The notes beneath the pieces are model-generated. The model did no database searches, was not told the origin of the DNA, and saw only the letters and a program-made list of their open reading frames with translations. This document shows, piece by piece, positions 13,152 through 24,156 of a stretch of DNA of 64,000 nucleotides. This DNA comes from Eledone cirrhosa (Eukaryota), in assembly GCA_964016885.1 (NCBI GenBank), contig OZ024742.1, positions 118,172,001 to 118,236,000 on the forward strand, written 5' to 3'. Numbering within the stretch: position 1 is the stretch's first letter; each line of letters starts with the position of its first letter. Both the position numbers and the translations under genes were made by a program.

Positions 13152-13294
13152 TAATATAGATTAGTTTTATAAATAGATATTGACATAGCCTGAAAAATGC
13201 AACCTTCACCCTCTCTCTCTATATATATGTATGTATATGTGTGTGTATGTCTGTGTGTAGTAGAAAGGTTTGAAACCATGAATGTATATGAATA

Positions 13295-13500
13295 TTCGTA
13301 AAATTTGAGTATTCTCAGCGCGAAAGGTAGCCGTTACCAGCTGCATACTATTTGGGGGGGGGGGGTAAGATATGACCACAAAACGACCGGAGAGCGTGGG
13401 GGCGAGAGGGAGAGAGAGATATGAGAAATGAGGGGGTTAGCAGAGGAGAAAATTGTGGACTAGAACGATCGTTCTAGTACACATTTTTCTCCTCTCCACC
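13295..13500. mobile_element. Short repeat family copy with terminal hairpin
   Basis: 13295-13440 is homologous to the reverse complement of 15361-15526; hairpin AGAGGAGAAAA..TTTTCTCCTCT at 13442-13496. Confidence 0.5.
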
Positions 13501-13576
13501 CCTTCTTCTCTCTCTCTCTCTTTCTCTCTCTCTCTATATATATATATATATAGAGTGGGTAATAGGAACCAGTAAG

Positions 13577-13656
13577 ACCCCGACAGCTGAGCTCAAGCCG
13601 TTTCGACGGCTAATTCTGGACTCCTGGTATTTAAATAGCCGATCTTCTCAAGGGGT
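13577..13656 (-). ncRNA. Hammerhead ribozyme, U3-A8 core (mirror copy)
   Basis: Reverse complement of 14068-14147. Confidence 0.65.
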
Positions 13657-14067
13657 GTTCTTGGTAGAGAAGTCAATGTTGTGTTTTCGCATGGTGCGGG
13701 TGAAATGAATTGAGCTTAGCGGAAAAGTCTGGATACGGCGTGGTAGGGTCGGAAAGTGCTCTACTACGGGGGTAGGAGCTAGATAACGAAGGAAATGTGG
13801 TAAGGAACCAGGTGGACCATAACGCACCAAAGTACTCAATACTTGAGGTAGTAGAGTGGGTAATAGGAACCAGTAAGACCCCGACAGCTGAGCTAGGGGC
13901 GTTATGGTCCACCTGGTTCCTTACCACATTTCCTTCGTTATCTAGCTCCTACCCCCGTAGTAGAGCACTTTCCGACCCTACCACGCCGTATCCAGACTTT
14001 TCCGCTAAGCTCAATTCATTTCACCCGCACCATGCGAAAACACAACATTGACTTCTCTACCAAGAAC

Positions 14068-14147
14068 ACCCCTTGAGAAGATCGGCTATTTAAATACCAG
14101 GAGTCCAGAATTAGCCGTCGAAACGGCTTGAGCTCAGCTGTCGGGGT
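14068..14147 (+). ncRNA. Hammerhead ribozyme, U3-A8 core
   Basis: ACCCC-TTGAGAA-GATCGGCTA..TAGCCGTC-GAAAC-GGCTTGAGCTCAGCT-GTC-GGGGT. Confidence 0.65.
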
Positions 14148-14519
14148 CTTACTGGTTCAAATTACCCACTCTACTACCTCAAGTATTGAGTACTTTGGTG
14201 CGTTATGGTCCACCTGGTTCCTTACCACATTTCCTTCGTTATATATATATATATATATATACTGGTTTTATCTTTTATTTTTTATCATTAATTTTGCTTT
14301 GACCTGTTTAGCTTGATTTGCTTTTTTGGGCTTAGGTAGTTGATGCTTTCTTGACCACATTTTCAGTTTTGTATGGCTTCTTAACATATTGTTTAGCTCT
14401 GGTTTTTAACTATTGAGCACTTTGCCAGTGTCATTTCTGATTTTTGCGTTTCGTTTCGCCTTTCCTACCCGCCGATATGCGATTCTCGCTGAATCTATAT
14501 TTATATATATATATATATA

Positions 14520-15340
14520 TATAATAAAAAATTGAACAGGGACAGAACAGAGAGGCAGTACGACAAATGTTTATTAGATTCACGCTCAGGAGAGTGGGGG
14601 GTAGGTGAAGGACGACGTTTCGGGTATAAGCCCTTCTTCAGGTAAGAGTTCAAAAGGTGTGTAGGGGAGTGGTGGAGAGACATATAGCGAAAGGAAACGG
14701 TGCGAATGAAAAATTAACAAATAAAGACAAAAATATAATAAATAATAAATAAAAATAAAGCATGATCAAAATACAAGGAATGAGAACATTTAAAAATAAA
14801 GGCATGATCAAAATAAACTGAAATTAAAAGGGGGGTAAACAGGTGGTGGAAGGGTGTGGGGTGAATAGAGGTGGAGGCGGGTGGAGTGGGGAGAGGGAGA
14901 CGGGGTGTCCGAGCGGGGAGGGCTGAAGGTGGTGTGTGTGGTTAGGTGTGCGTGTGTGTGTGTGTGTGTGTATGTGAAAGTGAGGGTTGGGGGAAGAACG
15001 GGGTTGCATGTTCAGGAAGGTGTGTGTGGGGGGTGTTTTTGTGTGTCGGAGGGTCTGTGCGTGTGTGGATAGGGGGTGGGGGGAGAGGAATCAGGGGGCT
15101 GAGGGTGTAAATATGTGGTGGGAAGCACGTGTGTGTGGTTTAAGCGTGTTGTGGGTGTGGGTGGCGTGTGGATAAAAAAATTTGTTTTGGGATGTGTGTG
15201 TGGGTGAGTTATATAGGTGATGGTGTTAGAGGATGGTTGAAAAGTGGTAAGTTACACGGATGTATGGAGATTTTGGTTGGAAGTCAAAACGCGTGTGGGT
15301 AATCCAAGAAGCGGTGGTCGGAAGAGGAGAGATGTGGGGT
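14520..15340 (-). mobile_element. Probable PLE 3' region with hammerhead-like core
   Basis: Minus strand CUGAAGA-AGGGCUUAUACCC-GAAACGUCGUC at ~14611-14641 (stem I poor); C-rich low-complexity body; (TA)n flanks. Confidence 0.45.
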
Positions 15341-15523
15341 ATATATATATATATATATATAACCCCCTTATTTCTCATCTTTATTTCTGCCTCTCTCTCC
15401 CACTCTCCGTTCCATTTGTGGTTATATCTTACCCCCCACCCACCCACCCAAAATGTTACTATTCAAATAGTATACAGCTGGTAACGGCTACCTTTCGCGC
15501 TGAGAATACTCAAATTTGACGAA

Positions 15524-15558
<35 letters not shown>

Positions 15559-15561
<3 letters not shown>

Positions 15562-16348
15562 TATGTATACGTACATACATATAGTACAGTAGTATGTATA
15601 TATATATATATAAATACATACATGAACACATATATATGTGTACGTATGGATTCACCGAACATTTTTTATAATGCTCGGTGTCTTTGTAAACAAACATCCC
15701 GAATTAAGCCGTACAGTGTCTAGCAACCATCGTTGCTCATTTGTTCAACACTGACAAAGGAACGCTGTACTAGTTTCAAGCTTATTAGCTATCGCCAGCA
15801 GCGTATACCTTCCTGCCAGATGGTTGAACGTCTGAAAGTATATACTTTCCTCATGCATATTAACGGCTGAGCAGCCTAATTTGCATATCGAGTGAGTTAA
15901 TCGGCCGGGGTACCAAAAACGATAAACGGAAAAAATGAAACGAAATTTCATTTCTCACTCTTAGTTCGGCTGTTACTTAAATATAAGTATGTATACGTAC
16001 ATACATATATGTATACAGACGTACAGTAGTATATATATATATATATATATACATACATGCACACATATATATATGTAAGTATGGATTCACCATGAGCAAC
16101 GATGGTTGCTAGACACTGTACGGCTTAATTAGGGATGTTTGTTTACAAACACACCGAACATTATAATAAATGTTCGCTGAATCCATACGTACATATATAT
16201 ATATATATGTGTGCATGTATGTATATATATATATATACATACTACTGTACGTCTGTATACATATATGTATGTACGTATACATACTTATATTTAAGTAACA
16301 GCCGTACTAAAAGTGAGAAATGAAATTTCTTTTCATTTTTTCCGTTTA
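15559..16348. mobile_element. ~426-bp unit element, partial tandem plus inverted copy
   Basis: AAGTATGTATACGTACATAC at 15559 and 15985; 16092-16348 is an inverted copy of the unit. Confidence 0.75.
15762..15804 (-). ncRNA. Minimal hammerhead ribozyme (A6G variant)
   Basis: ACGCUG-CUGGCGA-U-AGCU-AAUA-AGCU-U-GAAAC-UA-GUA-CAGCGU; 6-bp stem I. Confidence 0.6.
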
Positions 16349-16356
16349 TATATATA

Positions 16357-16692
16357 CTTGTTCACGTGACAGTCATAATTTCATTTATAACCAATCAAAT
16401 TATATTTATAAAAAAAAAAGGCTTTAAAGTAAAAAGAAATTCAAACACAAACTGGCGCGAAAGCTGATGTGCTTATTCACGTGACTGCATCAACCAGCCA
16501 AACTTCACACATATATTTTTTCCATATACACACCACATTTGAACACCAACCAGATGTGAGAAAACTCACAAACCCTCCATCTCAATTCTACTTTTGAAAA
16601 GCACAAGAACTGCGAAACCGGTAAAGGAACCAAATAAATATATTTTAAAAAAAGACCCCAGTTGCATTTTCGATTTCATCTTTTTTACTTAT
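16357..16692 (+). mobile_element. Solo PLE pseudo-LTR (Neptune-like family) with promoter-like motifs and hammerhead
   Basis: Homologous to 59903-60130 and, more distantly, to 45290-45640; TCACGTGAC, CCAAT and TGGCGCGAAA motifs. Confidence 0.65.
16586..16629 (+). ncRNA. Minimal hammerhead, U3-A8 core
   Basis: TTCTACTT-TTGAAAA-GCA-CAAGAAC-TGC-GAAAC-CG-GTA-AAGGAA. Confidence 0.55.
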
Positions 16693-16705
16693 ACATATAT
16701 ATATG

Positions 16706-16930
16706 AAAATTAGGATTGGTGCTCTGAAATAGCGATGTATACATGAATATATGTATAGTATATTTGGCAATATACTGTATGCTTAATTAAAAACATTTAA
16801 AGACCTTGCGCTATTATTTTAAAGTAGTGACTATGTCACTTACTTCTTTTTTCAACAAGCGAAGGGAGATAAGCTGACAGATCTGTTTCACACTGTTGGT
16901 GATCATCAGAGCTTAGCATTCGCCGATCTC
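16706..16930 (-). mobile_element. Hammerhead element related to the 19.3-20.3 kb and 26.3-26.8 kb families
   Basis: Shares GCTCTGAAATAGCGAT and ACATTT..AAGACC blocks with both. Confidence 0.7.
16870..16915 (-). ncRNA. Canonical minimal type I hammerhead ribozyme
   Basis: UAAGCU-CUGAUGA-UCACCAACAGUGU-GAAAC-AGAUCU-GUC-AGCUUA; 6-bp stem I; palindromic stem III. Confidence 0.8.
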
Positions 16931-17342
16931 ACCTGGCCACTGACATAATTCCGCTGGGACTAATTTGACACTTAATTACAGCCCAGGTTTTATCAGTCCG
17001 GTGTTTTTATTTTATTTTTATCAACCATCGAATGAATATAAATAATGACTTTTGAAAGAACAAGAGCAGCATGACTTCATATAAAAGCTTTACAATTCAA
17101 ATTTAGACTCATAAATACTACTGTTGATGTTGCTGTTAACTAACAACAATTACACTAACAATACCAACAAGAAAACCCATGTCAAAAAGCTTTTAAGCCC
17201 TGACCGTCTAATCATTTTTCACTCACTATATTTAAGACTATACTTTCCAAATCGTCCTTTCAATTTTAAGGCAGTAAGGTGGCGTTTAATGAAGATTTTT
17301 CTGCCATTTATAGCAGGTCGGGCATGAAGGTGTTATCAGTAA

Positions 17343-17512
17343 TATAATTGTTTCTACTTTTGATACACGGCCAGCAATTACCCCCAATGCATTACTGGAG
17401 CTTTATTTTATCGACCCCGTAAAAATGAAAGGCAAAGTTAACCTCGGGGAGATTTAAGTCCAGAACGTAAAGGGACATAACTCTATACCGCAAAGCATGG
17501 TATTTGACGCTC
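17343..17512 (-). mobile_element. tRNA-derived SINE
   Basis: Reverse complement of SINE consensus. Confidence 0.8.
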
Positions 17513-18689
17513 AAATAGCAAAACGATACATATGTTTAGGCAAGGTATCTTTTAAACACTCTATGTACCATGTCTCCAATGCAAATATTTCTAATAGTCA
17601 TATTTTATAGCAACCACAGCATTTCAGTTGTTAATATTTATTTGTATTGAAAAGGAAAAAAAAAATCCCATAACCTATTGGCTCGGTGTGAAGCCACGGA
17701 CGATTTCATCTTCATATTATATGTCAGCATCAAGTTAACTCAGCATATTTCCACGCTATTGACTACGTTTAAATTCAACTGTAATGTCAGGAGCTAACGA
17801 AAACTATTGGAAAGTAAAAAACGACGGTCGTACCCTTTAATAATAAATCGAACTAAAATAATACTAGTAGTTTCGTTATTTGATTACCATAAATATTGGA
17901 CAAGCATAGGTTTCAGTGAGATTGCTTGTATGTGGTCGCTCAAAATAACTAATAAATCTCATTTCAGTCCCACTCTACATTCTAATAAGACACATTGGAT
18001 AAATTATTCTTTGGCATGTTGTCTGGAATAAGACGTGGTGGTCAAGGCTATAATGTCTTTTTTATTATAAGTCAGCTCGATCAAGACTGACCTTGAGCTA
18101 AACAACAACAATATTACCAGTTTAAGTAAGTCTTTACGTAAATATTACGACATTATCACGGGATTTTCAATTGGAATAGCCCCACAATTAATATGTACGA
18201 TAGCTATAATTATAATGTATAAAATTCTATTATACGTTTGAAAGTCTATCCATTATGAGTAGAAATTAATTGGTTGTAATTAGTGCGGACGTTAGGAGAT
18301 GTATAAGCTGTGATTACTCTTCAGACATTAGACATAGCAATTTCTCATCATTTTACGGTCAACACACCTCTTGTTTTTCTTAACTTTATATAAAGTAAGA
18401 AGCCTTGCTTTAGAAAATATATTGTATTAGTAAATTTAAATCTTTGTTAGCAAGATGAATCAGACAAAAAAAAACTATTATAAGAGAAATGGAAATGTAA
18501 TTAAGTAGAAAGTGTATTATCTAATGCAGATGACAAACGGATGATTCCTTTTGTATTGACTTGTCTCAAAAATAAGATTTTGACTAGACTATGCTCCACT
18601 TAACTGATGTCATATTGTACCAATACGGAACTGAAATTGTATGAGTGTTATTGTTCATACAAACACACATACACACACGCACACAAATG

Positions 18690-18774
<85 letters not shown>

Positions 18775-19498
18775 CATACATACATCTCCTCCTTTCTACT
18801 CATTATATATATATATATACAGTGGCGGACTGGGTCTAAAAATATTGGTTGCCCACCTACATATAGAATGCTATCATTTAATTTTTATAATGAATAAATA
18901 ATATTTTCGAAAAATACATAAGTAGAAACAAAACAGTGCAATAAAATTTTTGCGGAAAAATATCTTACTTTCTCTCATAAAAAAATTATGTAATTTGCGA
19001 AATCCAGAGACTTTCAATAATGACCAGAAGTCGACCCTAAATATTACTAATAGCGCTAGGAAAGCCATGAACGACACCACAACTTTTTAACTTGGAATTT
19101 GAAAGTAGGTTTATAATTATCAATTTTCATTATGCTATCGGTGGCCTAGTTGGCGAAGTCATAGGCGGTGGCGATCCTGGTCTGAAATTCGATCCTGGTT
19201 GGGAGTAGGGTTACCGGTAAACCTTTTCAGTTTTTTTCTATTCGTTGTAAAATAAAAACTGAAAAAGGTTACATCTTGAGCAGGATTGAACCCAAAGTCA
19301 GGATCTCCACCGTCTTTAGTACCTAAGAGCGGTTGCCGGTCCGGCAGAAATTAGAAATTGGAATAAATGCTCTGAAATAGCGATATATATGTGAATATAG
19401 ACATAGAATATTCGAAAATATTCTGTATGTTTATAATAAACATTTTGAAGACCTAATCGCTATAGAATAGAATACGTCACGTAAAAAGCACTGGATAT

Positions 19499-19541
19499 GT
19501 AGTCTTGAAGATTTCTAATAAGAATGAAACGCGTAGATTAC
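19499..19541 (+). ncRNA. Hammerhead copy 1 (C3U substitution, likely impaired)
   Basis: GTAGTC-TTGAAGA-...-GAAAC-GC-GTA-GATTAC. Confidence 0.6.
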
Positions 19542-19808
19542 TTCCCTTGCTTTTATCGAGAATCTAATTGTAATACGTGACGTATTCTATTCTATAGCGA
19601 TTTGGTCTTCAAAATGTTTATTATAAACATACAGAATATTTTCGAATATTCTATGTCTATATTCACATATATATCGCTATTTCAGAGCATTTATTCCAAT
19701 TTCTAATTTCTGCCGGACCGGCAACCGCTCTTTCAAACCAGTTCCTGTACACAGCTAAGTATTCTATAAGTCTCTAGCTGTGTCATTCTCGATAAAAGCA
19801 CTGGATAT

Positions 19809-19851
19809 GTAGTCCTGAAGATTTCTAATAAGAATGAAACGCGTAGATTAC
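19809..19851 (+). ncRNA. Hammerhead copy 2 (canonical core)
   Basis: GTAGTC-CTGAAGA-TTTCTAATAAGAAT-GAAAC-GC-GTA-GATTAC; 16-bp extension 19785-19800/19858-19873. Confidence 0.8.
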
Positions 19852-20118
19852 TTCCCTTGCTTTTATCGAGAATCTAATTGTAATACGTGACGTATTCTAT
19901 TCTATAGCGATTAGGTCTTCAAAATGTTTATTATAAACATACAGAATATTTTCGAATATTCTATGTCTATATTCACATATATATCGCTATTTCAGAGCAT
20001 TTATTCCAATTTCTAATTTCTGCCGGACCGGCAACCGCTCTTTCAAACCAGTTCCTGTACACAGCTAAGTATTCTATAAGTCTCTAGCTGTGTCATTCTC
20101 GATAAAAGCACTGGATAT

Positions 20119-20161
20119 GTAGTCCTGAAGATTTCTAATAAGAATGAAACGCGTAGATTAC
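20119..20161 (+). ncRNA. Hammerhead copy 3 (canonical core)
   Basis: Identical to 19809-19851, 310 bp downstream. Confidence 0.8.
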
Positions 20162-20390
20162 TTCCCTTGCTTTTATCGAGAATCTAATTGTAATACGTGA
20201 CGTATTCTATTCTATAGCGATTAGGTCTTCAAAATGTTTATTATAAACATACAGAATATTTTCGAATATTCTATGTCTATATATATATATATATATATAT
20301 GTCACCGAATTCATACTGAACCCGGTCATTGAAATGATCATAGTATAATAAACCTTTTCAGGAATTACACCAGTCCAGCCTCCTGTTATT

Positions 20391-20431
<41 letters not shown>

Positions 20432-20574
20432 TTAATACGTACCTTACTTACTGTGGTTACCTCCGATTGAACCCGAGATAAACTTATATATTTTTTCATA
20501 TATTGTTTCCTCTCTCATTTTGTATCTTGGTCCACAGAATGGCGTGGCCATCTTTTTCTTCACACGTCATGAGG

Positions 20575-21250
20575 GTGGCGACAATGTGGAGAAGACTCGC
20601 TGGCTGGATCTTAAGGACTTTCCAGACAAGAGACCGAGAGATCATGTTGATACTATGGAAGACATTTGTCCTAAGCTGTCTGGACTACTGTTCACCCCTT
20701 AGTATCAAACTAACCACGGAGCTTGAGGCAATTCAACAAAGCTACACCAAGATGATTGCCACGATAAAGGAGATGAGCTACTGGCAGAGGTTAAAAGAAC
20801 TGAAACTCTACTCCTTGGGACGAAGACGAGAGAGATACGCTGTGATATACATATGGAAAGCCCTGGAGGGACTAGCTCCAAAATTTGGCATTGAGAGCTG
20901 GACCAACACCCGAACAGAACGTCACTGTGTGCTGCCAAAGGTCCCGTCTTTCACATTTAGAATAAGGAGCATATATTGCAATAACCTGGTGTTCAAAGGC
21001 CCTCAAATCTTCAACAAGCTGCCAAGAAATTTGAAAGGCCTGCATCGTGTGGACGTGGATGTTTTCAAGAAAGATCTTGACACCCTGCTATCCAGGATCC
21101 CCGATGAGCCCACAGCACGGTACAAAGGTAACCTAAGGGCAGCTGCAACGAACTCCCTCTTACACAAATGCCCAGCCAACACTGGCTTGAGAAAGAACGT
21201 GTAGCAAAAAGGGCGGCTCCCAAGCATGGCCTTAGCCGGATGAAAGAGTA
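20575..21250 (+). mobile_element. 5'-truncated CR1-group LINE (RT C-terminus and 3'UTR)
   Basis: ORF 20503-21204: LWKTFVLSCLDYCSP, LEAIQQSYTKMI, SYWQRLKELKLYSLGRRRER, FNKLP, FKKDLD. Confidence 0.8.
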
Positions 21251-21271
21251 AATGTGTATATATGTGTGTGG

Positions 21272-21328
<57 letters not shown>

Positions 21329-21537
21329 TGTGTGCGCGCGTGTGTGTGTGTGTGTGCTTGTGTGAGTGACTGAGTGTACATATATACAAAGAACCTCATT
21401 TCAGGTTCCGTCCGGCTGCGTGATACCCTAAACATATGTCTTCTCCCATTGTCTTAGGTTGACCAATGCCGTGTGAGTAAACTGCGTAGACGCACGTCAT
21501 GCATTCATGTTTGTATCTATGCAAATATATATATATC

Positions 21538-21745
21538 GGTGGATTGGCAGTATCGGTAGAGGGTCGGACGCCATGCTTTCGAGCATAGTTACGTCCCTTT
21601 ACGATTTGAGTTCAAATCCCGCCGAGGTTGACTTTGCCTTTCATCCTTACGGTGTAGATAAAATCAAGTACCAGTAATGCACTGGGTAATTACTGGCCTT
21701 GTGCCTAAAGTAGAAACAATTAATAATAATAATAATAATAATAAG
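21538..21745 (+). mobile_element. tRNA-derived SINE
   Basis: Full consensus with (TAA)n tail. Confidence 0.85.
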
Positions 21746-21896
21746 AAGAAGAAGAAGAAGAATGAGGGCGAAGTTTTAGATCTTCATTACATTTATTGAG
21801 GTGTGACGCGAATGATCAGCTCAAGGCTCGATTTCCATCGATCTGGCCCGACTCTGGTATCAGAAGCTCGTCGGACTTCTGTTATGGTATTGACAG

Positions 21897-21932
<36 letters not shown>

Positions 21933-22070
21933 TATCGATGATTTCTCTCGAATGAAACGGTTCTAGTCCTGTAGAAGCCATTTCTATATTTATACTCTGC
22001 TATGTATTGAGTACCTTACTTACTGTAGTTACCACCGATTGAACACGGGATAAACTTATATATATATATA

Positions 22071-22259
22071 GGAAAAGGTTCAGGACCCCGACAGCAGAGC
22101 TCAAGCCATTTCGATGGCTATTTCTGGTTCAGAAATAGCCGTCGAAACAGCTTGAGCCGTCGGGGTCCTGAACCTTTTCCTATTACCCACTCTACCACCC
22201 AAAGTATCGAGTACTGTGGTGCGTTATGGTCCACCTGATTCCTTACCACACTTCCTTCG

Positions 22260-22262
<3 letters not shown>
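22071..22262 (+). mobile_element. Short fold-back copy of the 301-bp hammerhead family
   Basis: Hairpin 22071-22180 centred in hammerhead stem II, then the family 3' end; (TA)n flanks. Confidence 0.8.
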
Positions 22263-22311
<49 letters not shown>

Positions 22312-22314
<3 letters not shown>

Positions 22315-22874
22315 CAAACCACGCAGTATCCTTCTTTCTTCTCATGTTTTTTATATATATTTACCTCGGCTGCGTTTGTCTGTTTCTCTCTTACTGCTTG
22401 CCCGCTCTCTCTGTTTCTCTCACCTTCTTTCGCCCCCTCTGTCAGTTACACTTCCTCTCGACTGACCTCTTCCTCGCACTTCCACTCACTCACTCTCTGT
22501 TTCTCCCCTTCTCACTTCCTCCCGTTTGGCTAACAGTGGGCCTCTTCTTGCTTACATCTCACTCACGTCGGACGTCTGTACCTTTTGCTCATGAAATCCA
22601 CCCAGCTTATGCTGACCAGGACTACCATGTTGTTTGTTTATTTTCTTTCTTTGGTTTGTTTTTATCCTTCTATGTCGTTCACTTGTCCCCCTCGCTTTAC
22701 GCGATTACTGGTCCCAATAACTTTTTTTAGATTATTGCTCGCACCAACCTGAGGTATCTGATTTTTAATGCGATGAAATACCAATGATGGTTGAAAAATC
22801 ACTGACGAAGGACTATTTTTATCATATGTAACCCATGCGCAAACCACGCAGAATTCTTCTTTCTTCTCATGTTT
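22312..22874 (+). mobile_element. ~526-bp unit with short terminal direct repeat (solo pseudo-LTR-like)
   Basis: GCAAACCACGCAG..CTTCTTTCTTCTCATGTTT at 22313 and 22839; (TA)n flanks; degenerate CTGA..GAAA at ~22749-22792. Confidence 0.55.
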
Positions 22875-22954
22875 ATATATATATATATATCATAAATGTA
22901 ATCTGAGTTTTTCGAATATTAATATCACTCGATTCGTTTGTTTGAAACTATGCA

Positions 22955-23029
<75 letters not shown>

Positions 23030-23164
23030 CAAAAGGGATATTCAATTTGTTGGTATTTCAACAAATATAAATGTTTATAACTGATTCAAAGCACTCGACA
23101 AGTTTTCTGGAGTATAATATACAATGATATTAAATAATGGAAACTATATTTATAAAACAATATT

Positions 23165-23225
23165 TATTCTATTATATATATTTCAAGGGTACCAAAACTT
23201 TGGTACGCGCTCATCAGATAAAATA
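23165..23225 (-). ncRNA. Hammerhead ribozyme (mirror copy)
   Basis: TATTCTAT..TTTC..TCATCAG-ATAAAATA on the plus strand. Confidence 0.7.
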
Positions 23226-23355
23226 CAAAGTTTGTTTTATAATTACTGACATAACCAGGAAAGAATAACTTAACGGTTCAAGTTTATCCCAGGAAAAACT
23301 TGAACCGTTAAGTTATTCTTTCCTGATTATGTCAATATTTATAAAACAAACTTTG

Positions 23356-23416
23356 TATTTTATCTGATGAGAGCGTACCAAAGTGTTGGTACCCTTGAAA
23401 TATATATAATAGAATA
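23356..23416 (+). ncRNA. Hammerhead ribozyme
   Basis: TATTTTAT-CTGATGA-GAGCGTACCAAAGTGTTGGTACCCTT-GAAA-TATAT-ATA-ATAGAATA. Confidence 0.75.
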
Positions 23417-23492
23417 AATATGGTTTTATAAATATAGTTTCAATTTATTTAATATCATTGTATATATATATATAGAGAGAGAGAGAGATTAG

Positions 23493-23658
23493 AGCGCTCT
23501 ATCTCAAAATTATTTTTGAAAAACATTAGAAATGCGCAACCGGTAAAAACTTAAAACTAAAACTGAATAGTAACCAATACTTATTACTAATTTATACTTA
23601 TTCCTAATTAAACTATTTTTCACTGGGAAAAATTTGTCAGCATTTTCTTTTCCTTTTA

Positions 23659-23662
<4 letters not shown>
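23493..23662 (+). mobile_element. Solo 3' end of the Neptune-like PLE family
   Basis: Homologous to 45583-45760. Confidence 0.75.
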
Positions 23663-23707
<45 letters not shown>

Positions 23708-23939
23708 CAATTGGGTTGTCCAGAGGCTCGTATGTCAATGTTGAAATCTTAAATGCAGTGAACCAGTGATTTTTCTGTTGGTCATTTGTAAACAATGATA
23801 TGATTGTTCATAAAATACCATACAAAATATAAATAAATCTGTATCTCAAGTAAACAGTAAAGCTACTGAGAACACAGATAAAGATATATGGAGATACATA
23901 TGCTTTCAAGAAAACATATTCTGAAACGTTAACTTGCTC

Positions 23940-24082
<143 letters not shown>

Positions 24083-24156
24083 TCTCTTTGCGCATACGTG
24101 TAATACATTTGCACAACCCGGCTGGAATATATTTCACATGTAATTTCTATTCGAAA

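Larger units (their letters stand above)
13551..14242. mobile_element. Palindromic insertion of a 301-bp hammerhead unit (about 1.1 units on each strand)
   Basis: TAGAGTGGGT recurs at 13551 and 13852; GTTATGGTCC at 13901 and 14202; left half is the reverse complement of the right half; (TA)n flanks. Confidence 0.85.
19325..20282 (+). mobile_element. Retrozyme-like array: ~2.5 tandem 310-bp hammerhead units with an inverted 5' piece
   Basis: CTGGATATGT at 19491, 19801 and 20111; 19325-19483 is the reverse complement of ~19573-19732; ends in (TA)n; no ORF. Confidence 0.85.
23029..23462. mobile_element. Fold-back solo pseudo-LTR of the Hydra-like PLE
   Basis: Inverted arms ~23120-23285 and ~23296-23462, closely similar to 1357-1530; (TA)n flanks. 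Confidence 0.85.

Noticed and set aside
13648-14316. Paired near-identical small ORFs on opposite strands
   Set aside because: By-product of the palindromic 301-bp unit; no protein motif
18820-18860. hAT-like terminal sequence CAGTGGCGGA
   Set aside because: No matching second TIR or TSD found
19484-20282. Regularly spaced repeats as a CRISPR array
   Set aside because: Whole 310-bp units are repeated with no unique spacers; no cas genes; eukaryotic context
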